A stretch of DNA of 64,000 nt, taken from Chlorokybus atmophyticus. Its lineage: Eukaryota > Plantae > Mesostigma and Chlorokybus algae. Position 1 is the stretch's first letter. The number at the start of each line of letters is the position of its first letter. Position numbers and translations under genes: made by a program. The notes under the pieces were generated by a model. It saw only the letters and a list, made by a program, of their open reading frames with translations. It was not told the DNA's origin and made no database searches. Positions 43,098-55,690 of this stretch are shown here, in pieces. The DNA is taken from positions 102,056 through 166,055 of the forward strand of contig RHPI01001043.1 of NCBI GenBank assembly GCA_009103225.1, written 5' to 3'.

Positions 43098-46000
43098 TCA
43101 CACGCGCTCCTCAATCCATGACGCGATGTCCTCGTGCACGACAGAAACATCCGGTTCACTCTCATCAAGGATTGCGTGCCACATGCCAGGATACAGCCTA
43201 AGCGTCTTGTCTGTGCTGCTGCACCCTTTGAGAAGCGCTTCGCAGGATTCACGCCTCGTCACGGTGTCCAAATCACCCTGCATGGCCACACATTAGCAAC
43301 TATGCATAGCAAGTTTACTGAGTGCTGAACCACATGCGCACACCCAACCGTACCTGCATGGCCAGGATGGGTACTGTCACTTCATCAAAATGTGCGCTGA
43401 TGTCCTGCGTGGCTCGCAGGAGCTCCAGTGACATCTTCAACCTTGATCTGCCTGTGCAAGACGAGGGTCATGCTTGAAAGTAACTTCATGACACAATACA
43501 TACGTAGGGTTGAAGATGCAAACACCAGCGCAGACAACACCTAGTTGCCTAATCACATGCTGCTTGTTGTACAAGTCCCTGACAACTGTACAACATCAGG
43601 TGTACTGTAACGTTGTCAATTGGAGACTGGAGCGACTGCCTGGCATTGAGATAGAGAATGAGCAGCTGTCTGGCCGAAAGCTGGACTCATGCATAAACTC
43701 ACATATCACAACCACTGCTGTTCCTGCAGTACCCACGAGTTTCTGAACCGTTGCAATTTACCATGGTAACGCATTGGGTCCGCCAGAGCAACCTCTCTAA
43801 GCTTCTCATTCTTCACAGCCTTCTCAATGATTCGCTTCGAGTCGCCAGGGACCACTGCAGCCTTTGGTGCAACTCTCGCAACCATCTTGAGTGTCTGCAC
43901 AACTGGCTGGCAAAGATGTGCATATGTGGGTTAGCAGTGCGTCCTGTCATCCTGTCATCCTGTCATCTAACATGAGTGCAGATACTGCCAACAGAACCGC
44001 CATAACGGACTGGCATATTGCAAGCATGACACAGCAAGTGGTGCTATACTGGATTTCTTCGGCAACTTAACACCATGTTAACCGTCTGCTTAACAATGCA
44101 CGCAATACCAACAGAGCGTGTTGTTTGTTGGCAAACAAAGTGTGTCACCAAGCGGAAATAATGCAAACGGTGTCAACAAGGCCCCAACACAACCGTTGAA
44201 GCATCATCACCTCACACGGAACTTCTAGGAATGCGTGTCTATACAACCATTGGGCAGAGTGCTCTATGATAACACATAACCAACGGTTTCTGTGCAATGC
44301 GACCAACCTGCGCAGGCATGAGCGATGGGTGTATTTCGCACATGGGCGCCACCAGCAACAGGCCTGTAAAGTCCTTAGGTCGTCTCCGAGCAACCTTTAT
44401 CATGACGGCACCGCCCATGGATTCGCCTATCAGAAACTTGGGCAGGTTGGGAGACTGCTGGGACACCTGGTCTATGAACTGGAGAACAACGTCCTGTATC
44501 AGCTCGCCACACACCTTGGCTGTATTGACACACGCGCGCGCACACGCACACTGGCTGTCACTCACACACGCACACAACCACGCACGCACACACACATTTG
44601 GGTGCGGGGTTGGTAAAAGGAAACAACATAAACAACTACCTAGTCCAAGGCCAACCATACCAAGTTTGAACACATCAAAGGTGACACGCCCAAAGCATTC
44701 AGCAGTCCAGAGTGATAGCCAATGCATGCTAGACAAACTGCAGTCATCTGCTGCGAGGTACCTGCAGCATGTCGTCCACAAAGTAGTCAAACTTCTTTAT
44801 ATGGCAACGCGTGCCTTCGCTGCGGCCATGCCCCTGATGCTCCACTCCAAAACAGCCAAACCCCCGCCTTGCTAGCCTCCTCGCAACCTCTAAAGCATAC
44901 ACGTAGTTCTGCTGCGAGGCCAAGCCTTATCGTGCAAGTTATAGGACGATATGCACATATGATTGGCAAGTGCAACGCGCGTGCTAAGCCTTTGTGATGC
45001 ACAGTGCAACTTGCCAACATCTCAGACACATACGTAGTTCTGCTGCGAGGCCAAGCCTTACCGTGCAAGTTATTGGACGGTATGCACAGCAGGACACATA
45101 TCCTCGGCAAGTGCAATGCGCGTGCTAACCCTCTGTGATGCACAGTGCAACTTGCCAACATTGTTTTGAAAACAATAACCCATGATGTACATGGTTACCT
45201 GCTAAGCCGCCTGGTTGAGAGGGTACAGACTTGAAGTCTGGGTGAGGAAAGCCATACATTAGGGCCGCTACTGCAGATGATGTAGGCAGGTGCAGACACA
45301 CACTTTGCTAGTTGCACTGGGTGTCATTGTTGATCGCTAACACGTGCGCGCATGAACGCACTTGCATATGCGCGTGCTCAAAGACACACACAAGCACAAC
45401 TCCCTGNNNNNNNNNNNNNNNNNNNNNNNNNNNNNNNNNNNNNNNNNNNNNNNNNNNNNNNNNNNNNNNNNNNNNNNNNNNNNNNNNNNNNNNNNNNNNN
45501 NNNNNNNNNNNNNNNNNNNNNNNNNNNNNNNNNNNNNNNNNNNNNNNNNNNNNNNNNNNNNNNNNNNNNNNNNNNNNNNNNNNNNNNNNNNNNNNNNNNN
45601 NNNNNNNNNNNNNNNNNNNNNNNNNNNNNNNNNNNNNNNNNNNNNNNNNNNNNNNNNNNNNNNNNNNNNNNNNNNNNNNNNNNNNNNNNNNNNNNNNNNN
45701 NNNNNNNNNNNNNNNNNNNNNNNNNNNNNNNNNNNNNNNNNCCCCCCCCCCCTCCCTCTTCAAGAGTGTTACATAGCATGCAGGCAACTTCGTACGAAGT
45801 CCTATTGCTGAACTACTGGCATGGCTTACTCCTTGAAAATTTGCAGCCTAAAGCAACACGTCACGCGCCTATGACGTATCACATTGTGGGCATATGCTCC
45901 AACGCACACCAGAGAACGTCACAGTGCAGTCTTGAGACACTGCTGTGAAATCACTGTGTCCAGCATCTTGTCAAGTTATTGTTTATGTCGGTGCCATGGT

Positions 46001-46558
46001 GCTCACTGTTTTGTACATCTTGCTTGTACATAGGCTAAGCGTATGACATGTGCGTTCTCCAAAGGTGAACTTCGAGATCGTATGAGTCAAGCGCAGATTC
46101 CAAAAGTAGAACAACCCTGTCTGACTGTTTGCACACCGGCGGTGGTGCAACGAAGGTGACTGCGTGCTTGGACATAAACGAAACAATCAACTATAAACTT
46201 GTACGTCACGCCGTTAAGCTCGGAATTGCAATTCGCAACAGGTTTAGCAAACAGACACACTATGTCGGCCCAATTGCCACTCACAATCGGCGTAGCCGTG
46301 TGCAATGAACACCAGCGCCTTAAGCCCCTCAACCCCAGCACTCCCCTGCTTCATCCACTGCACAGTGAACAGCTTCTTCCCACGGGCGTTGGTCATAACG
46401 CCGTGTGTAACGTCCAGCCCCGCCTCCAACCCGCCGCCTCCTCCTCCTCCTGCCCCTGCTCCTGCTCCTGAACCGCCATTGCTGTCCCCAACGACACCAA
46501 CAGCACTCCCCGTCTCAATTGTCCCATTTTTACCAGAACTAGAGACCTCCGGAGCCAT
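43098..46558 (-). CDS. Alpha/beta hydrolase, monoacylglycerol lipase/lysophospholipase (Hydrolase_4)-like, multi-exon
   Basis: NARGKKLFTVQW...ALVFIAHGY, GLAVFGVEHQGHGRSEG, PKFLIGESMGGAV (GxSxG), VPILAMQGDLDTVT (catalytic Asp) and LYPGMWHAIL (catalytic His). Stop at 43098. Confidence 0.9.
44899..45160. repeat. Approximately 130-bp intronic tandem duplication
   Basis: CGTAGTTCTGCTGCGAGGCCAAGCCTTA...TGTGATGCACAGTGCAACTTGCCAACAT occurs twice. Confidence 0.9.
45407..45741. other. Assembly gap followed by poly-C
   Basis: N run seen directly. Confidence 0.99.
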
Positions 46559-47401
46559 GGCAGAGCTGCGACACAAACACCGACGACACCGACGACACCA
46601 CCGCCGCCGCCGCCGCGGCTGCAGGCAACGATAAGCCCGAAGCTGATGTCAGCGTAAGCCGACGTGTCAATACAATGCACTGCCTGTGGCACTGATAGCT
46701 TCCGTGACGCTCTACTAACAAACAACGTCGCTGGTGAACTTCCTAGTCGTGCCACTTACATGTTTTATACAAACGCTTCCGTGGCAAACAGCGGCTTTGG
46801 CGCTCAACTGGACGGTTGCTATCATACTCGAAGTCATCATGGCGGAGTTCCCGGGGTATTCTGAACCGTTGATCGCCAAAAGGTCATCGCCAGCGGCTCG
46901 AGTGGTTGCTTTATGCCACGTGGCAAAAAGGGAAAGCGGCACCGCGTACGCAACTGCTTCACCCGCGGCGGCGGCGGCGGCGGCGGCGGCAGTGGCGCTG
47001 GCGGATTTGCAGCAGGTGGGTTATGTTAGAGTGGCTGACGGACGTGTTGTTTGTGTTTCGGGTGTACGTTGAGCTGCTCTGTGTAAGGCGTTGGTGTTTG
47101 GACCGGTTGTCAAGCGCTGGTTGCCAGCTTGAAAGAACTGTGCTTCTCAAAGCTTCTTCGTCCATTTGTGGACTTGTGTAACGTTGTGTGCATCATTGAC
47201 AAGCTTTGTACGGTGTAAGACCATTGTGTATGCATGCGCAAGTTCTTGCTTGCTGTTGTCAAAGTTGAACGCTGTCCTTTCAGCAGACATTCCTAGTTAG
47301 CCTTGCTTCTGCTGCATTGTTTGAAAACCCAATGTCAGAAACCCTAGTCAAGTTTGCTGAACTCGACTATAAGACTGAAATGTCCCTTTGAAGCAGGCAA
47401 G

Positions 47402-50400
47402 ATGACAAGACACTTGCGGCTCGCCGCCACCACACTGGTTTGCCTCATTCACATCGCTGCCGCCCAGACTTCGTCATATACTTTTGAATGCGGCACTGTT
47501 GACCCACCTGAAGGTAAAGAGAATTGCACAAGCTTCATCATGCATGGTCAGTGGTGGGTGCTTGATACACAGCACCTCATTCTGTTTCTCACTTTGTTGC
47601 AGGGTCTTCTTCATGGTTGCGCTGGTCTGATCCGCAAGCATGGCCGGACGGGCAAGTGCCGGGTGATGGGAGTGAAGTGGACATTGCATGCGGGACAGCA
47701 GTACTGCTAGATGTGTCATCAGTATCGCTTGCGGGATTGCGGGTTCACGGACATCTGCGGTTCTTCGATGATCCCAGCGTGGGCGATATCCACCTCTCAT
47801 CCCCATATGTTGTCGTAACTGGACAGCTGTCCATTGGCTCGCCAGACGCGCACTTCTCTCACAATGCCACCATAGAACTCCTCGCAGTAGATGGAAGGCC
47901 CTCGTATGCTTACAACCTCAATGGTGCAACATTTGACGCTGGCTACAAAGCTCTCCAAGTGGTATGCATGCCCTACCATACAATATGCCACTGACATTAT
48001 ACCATGCACATGCGCGCACATGCACATGCACACAAACGCACGCACGCATATAAACCTTTCAGTTTATTCTATATACAACCCTACAGTTGTGTGTAAGTCT
48101 TTTTCTCTTTCTTTTGTCTGTGTAGGTGGGAGGGCAGTTACATTTGCATGGCTTGAGAGGCGGGAGCAGCATGCCGGTGTGGACACGTCTTGCAACCACT
48201 GCAAAGACGGGCGACAGCGACATACGACTTGTCAAGGTGAGGAGAGGGACGCCGGTATATTTGTCTGTCCTTCCAACACGCACATATCGACCTACCTCTG
48301 GTTGGCTGCAGACAGCGGATGGACTGTCTGTGTCAGATTACTGGGTTGTTGGAGACCGCATCGCTATTGCGCCAACCAATTTTGACCATCTGGAAGCTGA
48401 AGACCGCCTTATTACAGATATTACAGGTGAGTGCAACTTGCGCCCTTGCCATAGTCTCATATTGTACGCTTTGTGTATAGGCTTTAAAATTGTTGATTGT
48501 GTTTATGCATGCAGTTGACGGTGATGAAGTGGTTATCACTCTCGACTCGTCTCTCACATACACGCACTGGGGCGACCATGCTGTGGATATCGGCAACGGG
48601 TTTACAATGGTTCAGGCAGCTGAGGTTGCTCTCCTGGACCGCAACATCCTGATTGTCGGCGAAGATGAGGGCGATGTCACTGCCGGCGGTCACGTGTGGG
48701 TGTTTCAAACATCCACTCCACAGTATATTGAGGGTGTGGAGTTTGTCGCTCTCGGCCAGCAGGGAAGCCTTGGCAGATATCCGCTCCATTTCCACCTTTG
48801 CAGGGATGCAAGTGGGACCCAAATTCTGAAGAACTCCATGCACCACACCTTTCAGGTAACACATTGTTGTCAGCACTGCTGAGATTGTACACTTGAGCTT
48901 CACGTGACAAATTGCTGTACAGAGGGGTTATGTGTTGCATGGCACATACAACGTGCTCGTGGATGGCAACATTGCGTACGCCAACATCGGCCACATCTTC
49001 TTCCTTGAAGATGGCATTGAGACAGGCAACGTGATCTCCAACAATGTGGGCATGCTGACCGTAGCTCCACAATTCCTGGTAGGCATAAAAAGCACCTTGT
49101 GTCATAGTGTACGTGTCTGTCATGATACACGCCCACCTGACATGACCCCACCTGACATCACATGCTGTGAAGGTGCGCGATAACGAGACAGATAACACTC
49201 CGGCACTATTTTGGATTTCCAACCCCAATAACACGGTCATCAACAATGTTGCTGCAGGGAGCGGAGGGTTTGGCCTTTGGCTTACAACCAATGGCTCGGT
49301 GGGTTTCATCAAGTGTGTCAATGCAAAGGCACACATGTTGAGTATGCTGCAGCTAATCAACTGGCGGTCTTAGGTTGGAGGGCTTGCCGCTGCCCTTCCT
49401 GAAGCACAAGGCTATCGACCCGCCAACGTTGTGATCCAGAAGTTTGACAAGTAAGCACACACGTCGTGTGCGTGAGTAGGGTAGAGTGGTAAAACTTGTG
49501 CTTGCTTGCATGATTAATACAGAACAAAGGTGAAACCAACATTCCAACTGTCCCATTCTTTCATACCCCCCATGCTTGGGGCACTAAAACTGTTGCATAT
49601 CAACTTTGCGTATTATTCAGCAAGTGATGTGTGCAGTAATGTGGCACACTCTTGTGACATTGGCACCGGCAACTACCCCTCGCGCTATGTGCCGTACTAC
49701 ACCGCCTACATGTCAAATGTAAACTCCTACAAGTGCCGCACGCACGGCGTCCGCCTGCACAAGATGTTCAACACCGTGTTGTCCGGGGTACTCGTGTCCG
49801 ACTCCCAAGTTGGGGTTTCTCTAGACACGGCCCCTGGTGTGACACTGAAAGGTGAGACTAGCTTCTCACTTGCATCCTGTGCGCAAAGTTTATGGTTGCC
49901 AAGATGGTATACCAACTTGTTGTTCATGCAGATTCGGTGATTGCGGGTCTCACCTCCAATGACCCTTATGGCTGCAATGCCAAGTGCGCCGCGGGCGACA
50001 TCAATGGTGGCTGGCAGTATCCCACTTGCCGGTATCCTCACATTTTTGCTCGATACCGTGCTCAGGTGGGCGTCGAGTACACCTGTGTTTGCACCCATGA
50101 TGTCCATGTGTAAGTATGTGCATCAACCAATCTAACCTGTGCCACTTTCACAGGACTGGCAGTATGGCATTTTCTGGAGGCCTGACGAGCTAGGGGACCT
50201 GTTTGGTGCGACGCATCTAGACAACGTGTCCTTTGCGTACTTCTCTTCCCCTTGCTACCCGTCCTCGTACCCGATTTACGTGACCACCACGTCTGGGTCA
50301 CAGAATATCCTCGCCCTCTGGGACCCGCGCAGCAGTGTGCAGGGCCTCAAGTTCCAGAATGTCAACACAAATGTCTTTTTTGGTGACGGGGCTGGAGATG

Positions 50401-52440
50401 TCCAGGCACATGTTGCTATACAAGACCTGGACGGGTCCCTCACTGGGTCAGGTAGGTGTGGTGTGATGTGGTTTGGTGTGCATGCGCGCGCGCACCTGTG
50501 CCCAAGTGCGCCTGTGTACGTATGCGCGCGCGTGCGTGCGCGCATGTGCGCGTGTGAATGTGTGTGCATGCGTGCGTGCGTAGCTGTCCGGCTCACTTGT
50601 GGCTGTCACTCTCAGGTGGGGGATGGCTCTTGTCTAATAATCCCAACATTTTGCCCTCTCCTGACTCAACCTCCGTGGCGACGCGAGCATCGGAAACCAA
50701 TACATCAGGATGGGTTGCGGGTTCCAATCTAATGTGTTGTTTCAGCTCGCTGTATGCCTGCAGCGTGTGCACGGGAGCTCCACTCTGCTACCGCAACTTC
50801 GATGTCAGGATCGTTGACCCTGATGCCATATACAAGATGACGCTCACGTGGGCCAATGGCACAAAAGTTGACACGCTGTCAGGGTGAGGAAACTGGCTGG
50901 GAGATATCTTGGGATCTGTGTTTGCATGTGTCACAGCTTGCTGACGTCTTGTTCGTGTGGTACTGTAGGACGGCAACATCGCGTGATTTAGTGGACTATC
51001 AGTTTGGGGATAAGGCAATAAGAGCCTTCACGGTCAACGTGCTCGCCAATCAATCATACGTTGTGGGCTTCATTGGTGGGCCATTCCCGGCCCAACTCAA
51101 TATCTCATTGGGTGATGACGACCCAACAAGCGTTGCATCCAACTATTATCTACAGCCGGATATCAACTGCGGGGGCTATGTGGACCTCCTGGTTCCCGCG
51201 CCTTCAAGCAAGCAGTGGTCGATATCGGGCAGTGCCTGGCCTCCTGCGTGCGCGGGTTCAACTGACGTGCCTCCTATATCGTCGGGATTTGCTGAAGGCT
51301 CCTATTATTGCAGCAGCTCTCAAGCAGATACCGCTCGCTTGCGGCTGGGCCAGGAACTCATAGGCATCAATCCCTTAGGCAAAGCTCCTCTTTACAACGG
51401 CGAGATTGACGGGACTGTGTATTTGGATATGGTCGATATCAGCACGGGGGTGATATCGGCGTGCAGCGGCATTGCACACGACTGCTTACTGCTTCTGAAC
51501 ACGTCAACTTGGCTTTATGATGATAGTGGCGTCGACACAACAACAGCGACGTCCTATATGCGCCCGCTGTTTGATGACACAACATGGAGCTCAGGCAAAG
51601 CTTTTTTCGCGCAAGGCCTGGCCCCGATGTCGACCAACACTGTACTCAACCCCACAGCAAGCGTGGCATACTTCCGAAGGCTTGTGAATGTGTCGGACAC
51701 GGCGTGTGTTGTGGGTGCCACTTTAGGACTAAAGTCTGCATCTGGTGCAATTATCTACCTCAACGGCATGGAGATTTATCGCGACAACATGCCGAGCGGC
51801 ACTGCAGATGAGTCCACAATCGCTTTGTCAAAGATATACATATCGGACTACGTCAATACCCAATACAACGTGCATGTCATATCGCAACCCAACATATCCG
51901 CCATCATTGTTGAGGGCGAGAACTACCTTGCTGCTGAGGTGCACACGCACTTTCGCGGTGGGACCTCCATCGCCTTTGACATGTGGATGAAGCTGTCTTA
52001 CTCCAACAACTGTGTTGGGGGGCCCGCGCGCAACACCGAGATATGTGACGGGCTGGACAACAATGCGGATGGCTTCATTGACGTGTATACCAATAATGGG
52101 AGTGGCCTGACGAGCACGTGCAGCACGCGATGTGGTGAAGGCACAACCACTTGCTTAGGCGGCGAGTGGGGTGTGTGCCAGCTTCCCCCTCCTGGCCCTG
52201 CAACGTGAGTGACACATAGCTGTTATGAGGTCTCATCCTGGCTTTGATGTTGATTATGCAGTGGTTGTGTCATCATATGTGTGCCTTGACAGGTGTAATG
52301 GAGTGCCTCCATCCTTTTCCCCTGTAACAACATTTCATTCGCCAGGGCTCAGGCAGTCCTCGGCGATATCGCTGCTGAGGCCATTGTTTGTGGCTCTCAT
52401 TTGTGCGCCTGCTGTGATTGTGGCGGTATTTTTGGGTTGA
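47402..52440 (+). CDS. Secreted, membrane-anchored G8-domain / parallel beta-helix protein (TMEM2/CEMIP/fibrocystin-L-like) with extra C-terminal modules
   Basis: Signal peptide MTRHLRLAATTLVCLIHIAAAQ; G8 WSDPQAWPDGQVPGDGSEVDIACG; GQQGSLGRYPLHFHLC; HGTYNVLVDGNIAY..IGHIFFLEDGIE; FWISNPNNTVINNVAAGS. These are followed by a jelly-roll-like module, EICDGLDNNADG, and a final exon with a hydrophobic tail (LLRPLFVALICAPAVIVAVFLG*). Confidence 0.85.
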
Positions 52441-53313
52441 TAAGCATCCGGGAGCTGCTTGCTCCTGTGTACGATTAACGTGGACAGCCATTGTTGGCTG
52501 GGGAGACAGTAGTAAACAATTGACCTGCAGCGCAAGGAGTAGGACTAGGCGTTGAATGCCAGTTTGGGTTAGTTAGGTGTCGAGGCGTATAGGTGGGAGT
52601 AGTGTACAACACATGAGTTAGATAGTTGCATTGATATTGCTTTCGGTTGCAATTGCCATTTAAGCTTGTAACAACAGGCATTGTTCGGCTATCAGGTTGA
52701 GGTTCTCTTATTGCATATCACTTTAGGTGGTGTGACTTGATTGTGTATGTTCCTTGGAATGTTGCGGGATCTTGCTGCGGCTGCTGTGCGCCATCTCCTT
52801 GCAACCTTAACAACCCTGATTGCATGCGAGCATCATTGTGTATGCCGCAGTACAACACAGCGCCAGGATGATTGCTCACAGGGACAGTCATTGGCGACCT
52901 TTATCAGTCGGTACACACGTATTTGTGTCGTGCATTCAAGACTTAATTGACATCTACACAGCTGTAACCCGAACATAATGCAACCGCCAATGTAGACCAA
53001 CCAGTCGCACTGTTCTGCACGACTACCATGCATGCAGACCTTGTCTCCGATTCAGTGTCTACCAACAATCTGAAGACCTTACTTTCAACCGGAAGAAACC
53101 TCAGAACAACAACCTGTACTGATGCACTGTGCCTCACATTCGTTCAGAACAAGCCACATGCTTGCAACGCGCAGTCGTACCCAACCTGCTTGCACAAGTC
53201 TTGATGCAATTACCCCACTACAACCAGCTATACACTATGACTGCAACAAATCGGTGTCTCTGCACATTACAGTTTGCCTACCAGCTGATTTACAAGCATG
53301 CGCATGACTACTG

Positions 53314-54760
53314 TCAACTTGAATGCAGCTTCGGTGACATCGCTGACGCCACATTCGAGTTGTCAACAACCTGCACGACTGTGACCTTCGACTGCTGCGC
53401 TTTAGTGCTGTGCCGCATGCCGCGCCTCAGCAGTATTCGAAACTCTTCGCTGCGCGACCACTGATCGATCTCCCTGGCTCTCAACACCGGCAGCGGATGC
53501 GACAGCTGTCTTGTTTGTGCATTCCTGTATGAGATCTTGAGTGCTCACCAGCGCATCAGATTCCCTTCTTGATCTAATGATACGAAGGCGAACTTGCATA
53601 CTTTCAATTGCTCCTACCTGAGATACCACCCAACTGGTGAAGAAGTAGCTTCGTCATAAGACCTTGCTTGCTGTAAAAAAGCATCTACATTCAGCTCATC
53701 CGCTAATGACTTGCACCCGCCGGCCAGCTTCATTTGCACAGAAACCACTACCTGCCAAGCAACAGCGTGAAGTGAAGACCACGTCAGTAAAGCCTCCAAA
53801 CAATGCGCATGCATACAACTGTAAAGAATTGGCTTTGCTTGTGCACTAGGTTTGGACTGAATGTACCGTGTACTGTACTGAGTAATCGACAAGCATGCTT
53901 GACCTTGGGGTCTTGTGCAACCAGGAGGGCTGCTCGATCGCATGTCAACTCGGCAGCTCGCAACCATCGCAGCAATTGGTCTTCAAGCCCGCTTGCCAAA
54001 AACATACCAAGTCCTGCACCAACACAGTGTCAACCCCTCACCCCGTACTGTTGGTCCCTCCAACCCAGTACTACTGTAACTGCACGCCTTCATTATACTA
54101 ACAAGCTTGCATGTAAGCATGCCAGCTTGCAGGATGCAGCAACGCACACTGACCTGGCAAGCTTGTAGCGTACAAAGCAAGAAGGTTGGCGACCGTGAGC
54201 CAAACACCATGATCACACTTCAGATGACCAAGCTCATGTGCAAACACCGCCTGCAAGCACAGCAGCAGCTCAGCACCAGTAGTGATGTTAATGACGTGCA
54301 TGCAATTCAAAGAAGCTGTCATATTACCTGCAACTCCTTTGGTGAAAGTAATTCAACGAGCGCGGTGTGAACAACAATGAATGGTCGACGACCGGAGAGC
54401 GCGAGCGTGTAGGCATTGGGAACGGGCGATTGCTTTATGTACAGGTCGGGAGCGGGCGCGACACCTAGTATCCTGCATGCCTCTTGCAGCAAGTCGTATA
54501 GAGCAGGAAGCTGTGGATGATAAGGTAGATACTTAGTCAGTCAACATCATGTGACAATTTCTCCACAATGATGAGTTGCAATGCACCTGATATGGCCACA
54601 AGTGCCCACCTGCTTGGGTCCAACTTGAACTGAAGTCCCAATGTTCTCTAACAACATCACCTGCATGAAACATGCCTTGTCTGCATTCATGGTTGTCTTT
54701 GAGGTACGCTTGCTCAGAGCCGACTCAAAAGTGTGCTTGTACACTCAAGGCCTGAAAAAA

Positions 54761-54791
<31 letters not shown>

Positions 54792-55690
54792 TGTGCACGC
54801 ACACACACACAGACGTGACGGGTATACCTGTTCAGGTATGGGGCTGAACAGTCTCTTGGCGACGAGCTCCAACCCTGGCACTAGCTGCAACAACCTTGTG
54901 TTCTGTTTGTCAAGTGGGTGTCGAAATTCGTCTGGGTCGAGGGTGTTGAACGACGCTGATGATGATGATGATGTAGACACCTGCTTTGCAAAGCAGCAGC
55001 TGTCAGTTGCAAAGCGCCGTATATGCTTTCGCAACATGACCACGCACTTCATGCTTTCTGTGCAGGCAGAATGTGACACAGATGGCATGCAACAACCATG
55101 ACAGACCAATGTCTGCGCGACATCACCACAACGAGACTCGTCATGCCGCACAGGCATGCTTGCTCTGCGTCAGGCAGGTGGTACATACACCGATTTGCTT
55201 AAGAGAACTTCTGCAATGAGCACTGCTGTCGACTGCTTGTTTGCAAAGAGGTTGTTTAGCGAAGGCAGCACGCAGCAGCAACACACGAACAGGGTGCAAA
55301 GCTACGGTAGTAGCATGCCCAAAGCTATCCCGCTTGAGTTGCTTGCGACAGGGAAGAGCGCAATCGCGCAATTGTGCTGAGTGACTCAATTGTGCATGCC
55401 AGCAAGCGAGCACTGGCTGGATCAACACAGCACAGCCAAGGGCAGGGCAAACGCCTGTTCACACTCACCGCAGCAGCAGCCGAAACGCCTGCTCTTCGTC
55501 GCTGAAGCCGCAATCGCACAGGCCGCAAGCTGCTGTGCCTTGACAGAGCTTTGAGGCCAACTGGTCGACTGCTAGAACTGCTCCTGCTTAGCGCAAACCA
55601 CACAGGCAAGCACGCTGATCCTGTTGTGGCTACAATTGCTGCTGACAGCGGCACAGTTCGCCCTGCCACCCCCGCCGCCATTGCACCCAT
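53314..55690 (-). CDS. PGM48: Plastid M48 metallopeptidase (PGM48-like), multi-exon
   Basis: Transit peptide, then DEFRHPLDKQNT, LLENIGTSVQVGPKQ, YIKQSPVPNAYTL, AVFAHELGHLKCDHG (HExxH), WLRAAELTCDRAALLV and SHPLPVLRAREID. Stop at about 53314. Confidence 0.9.
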
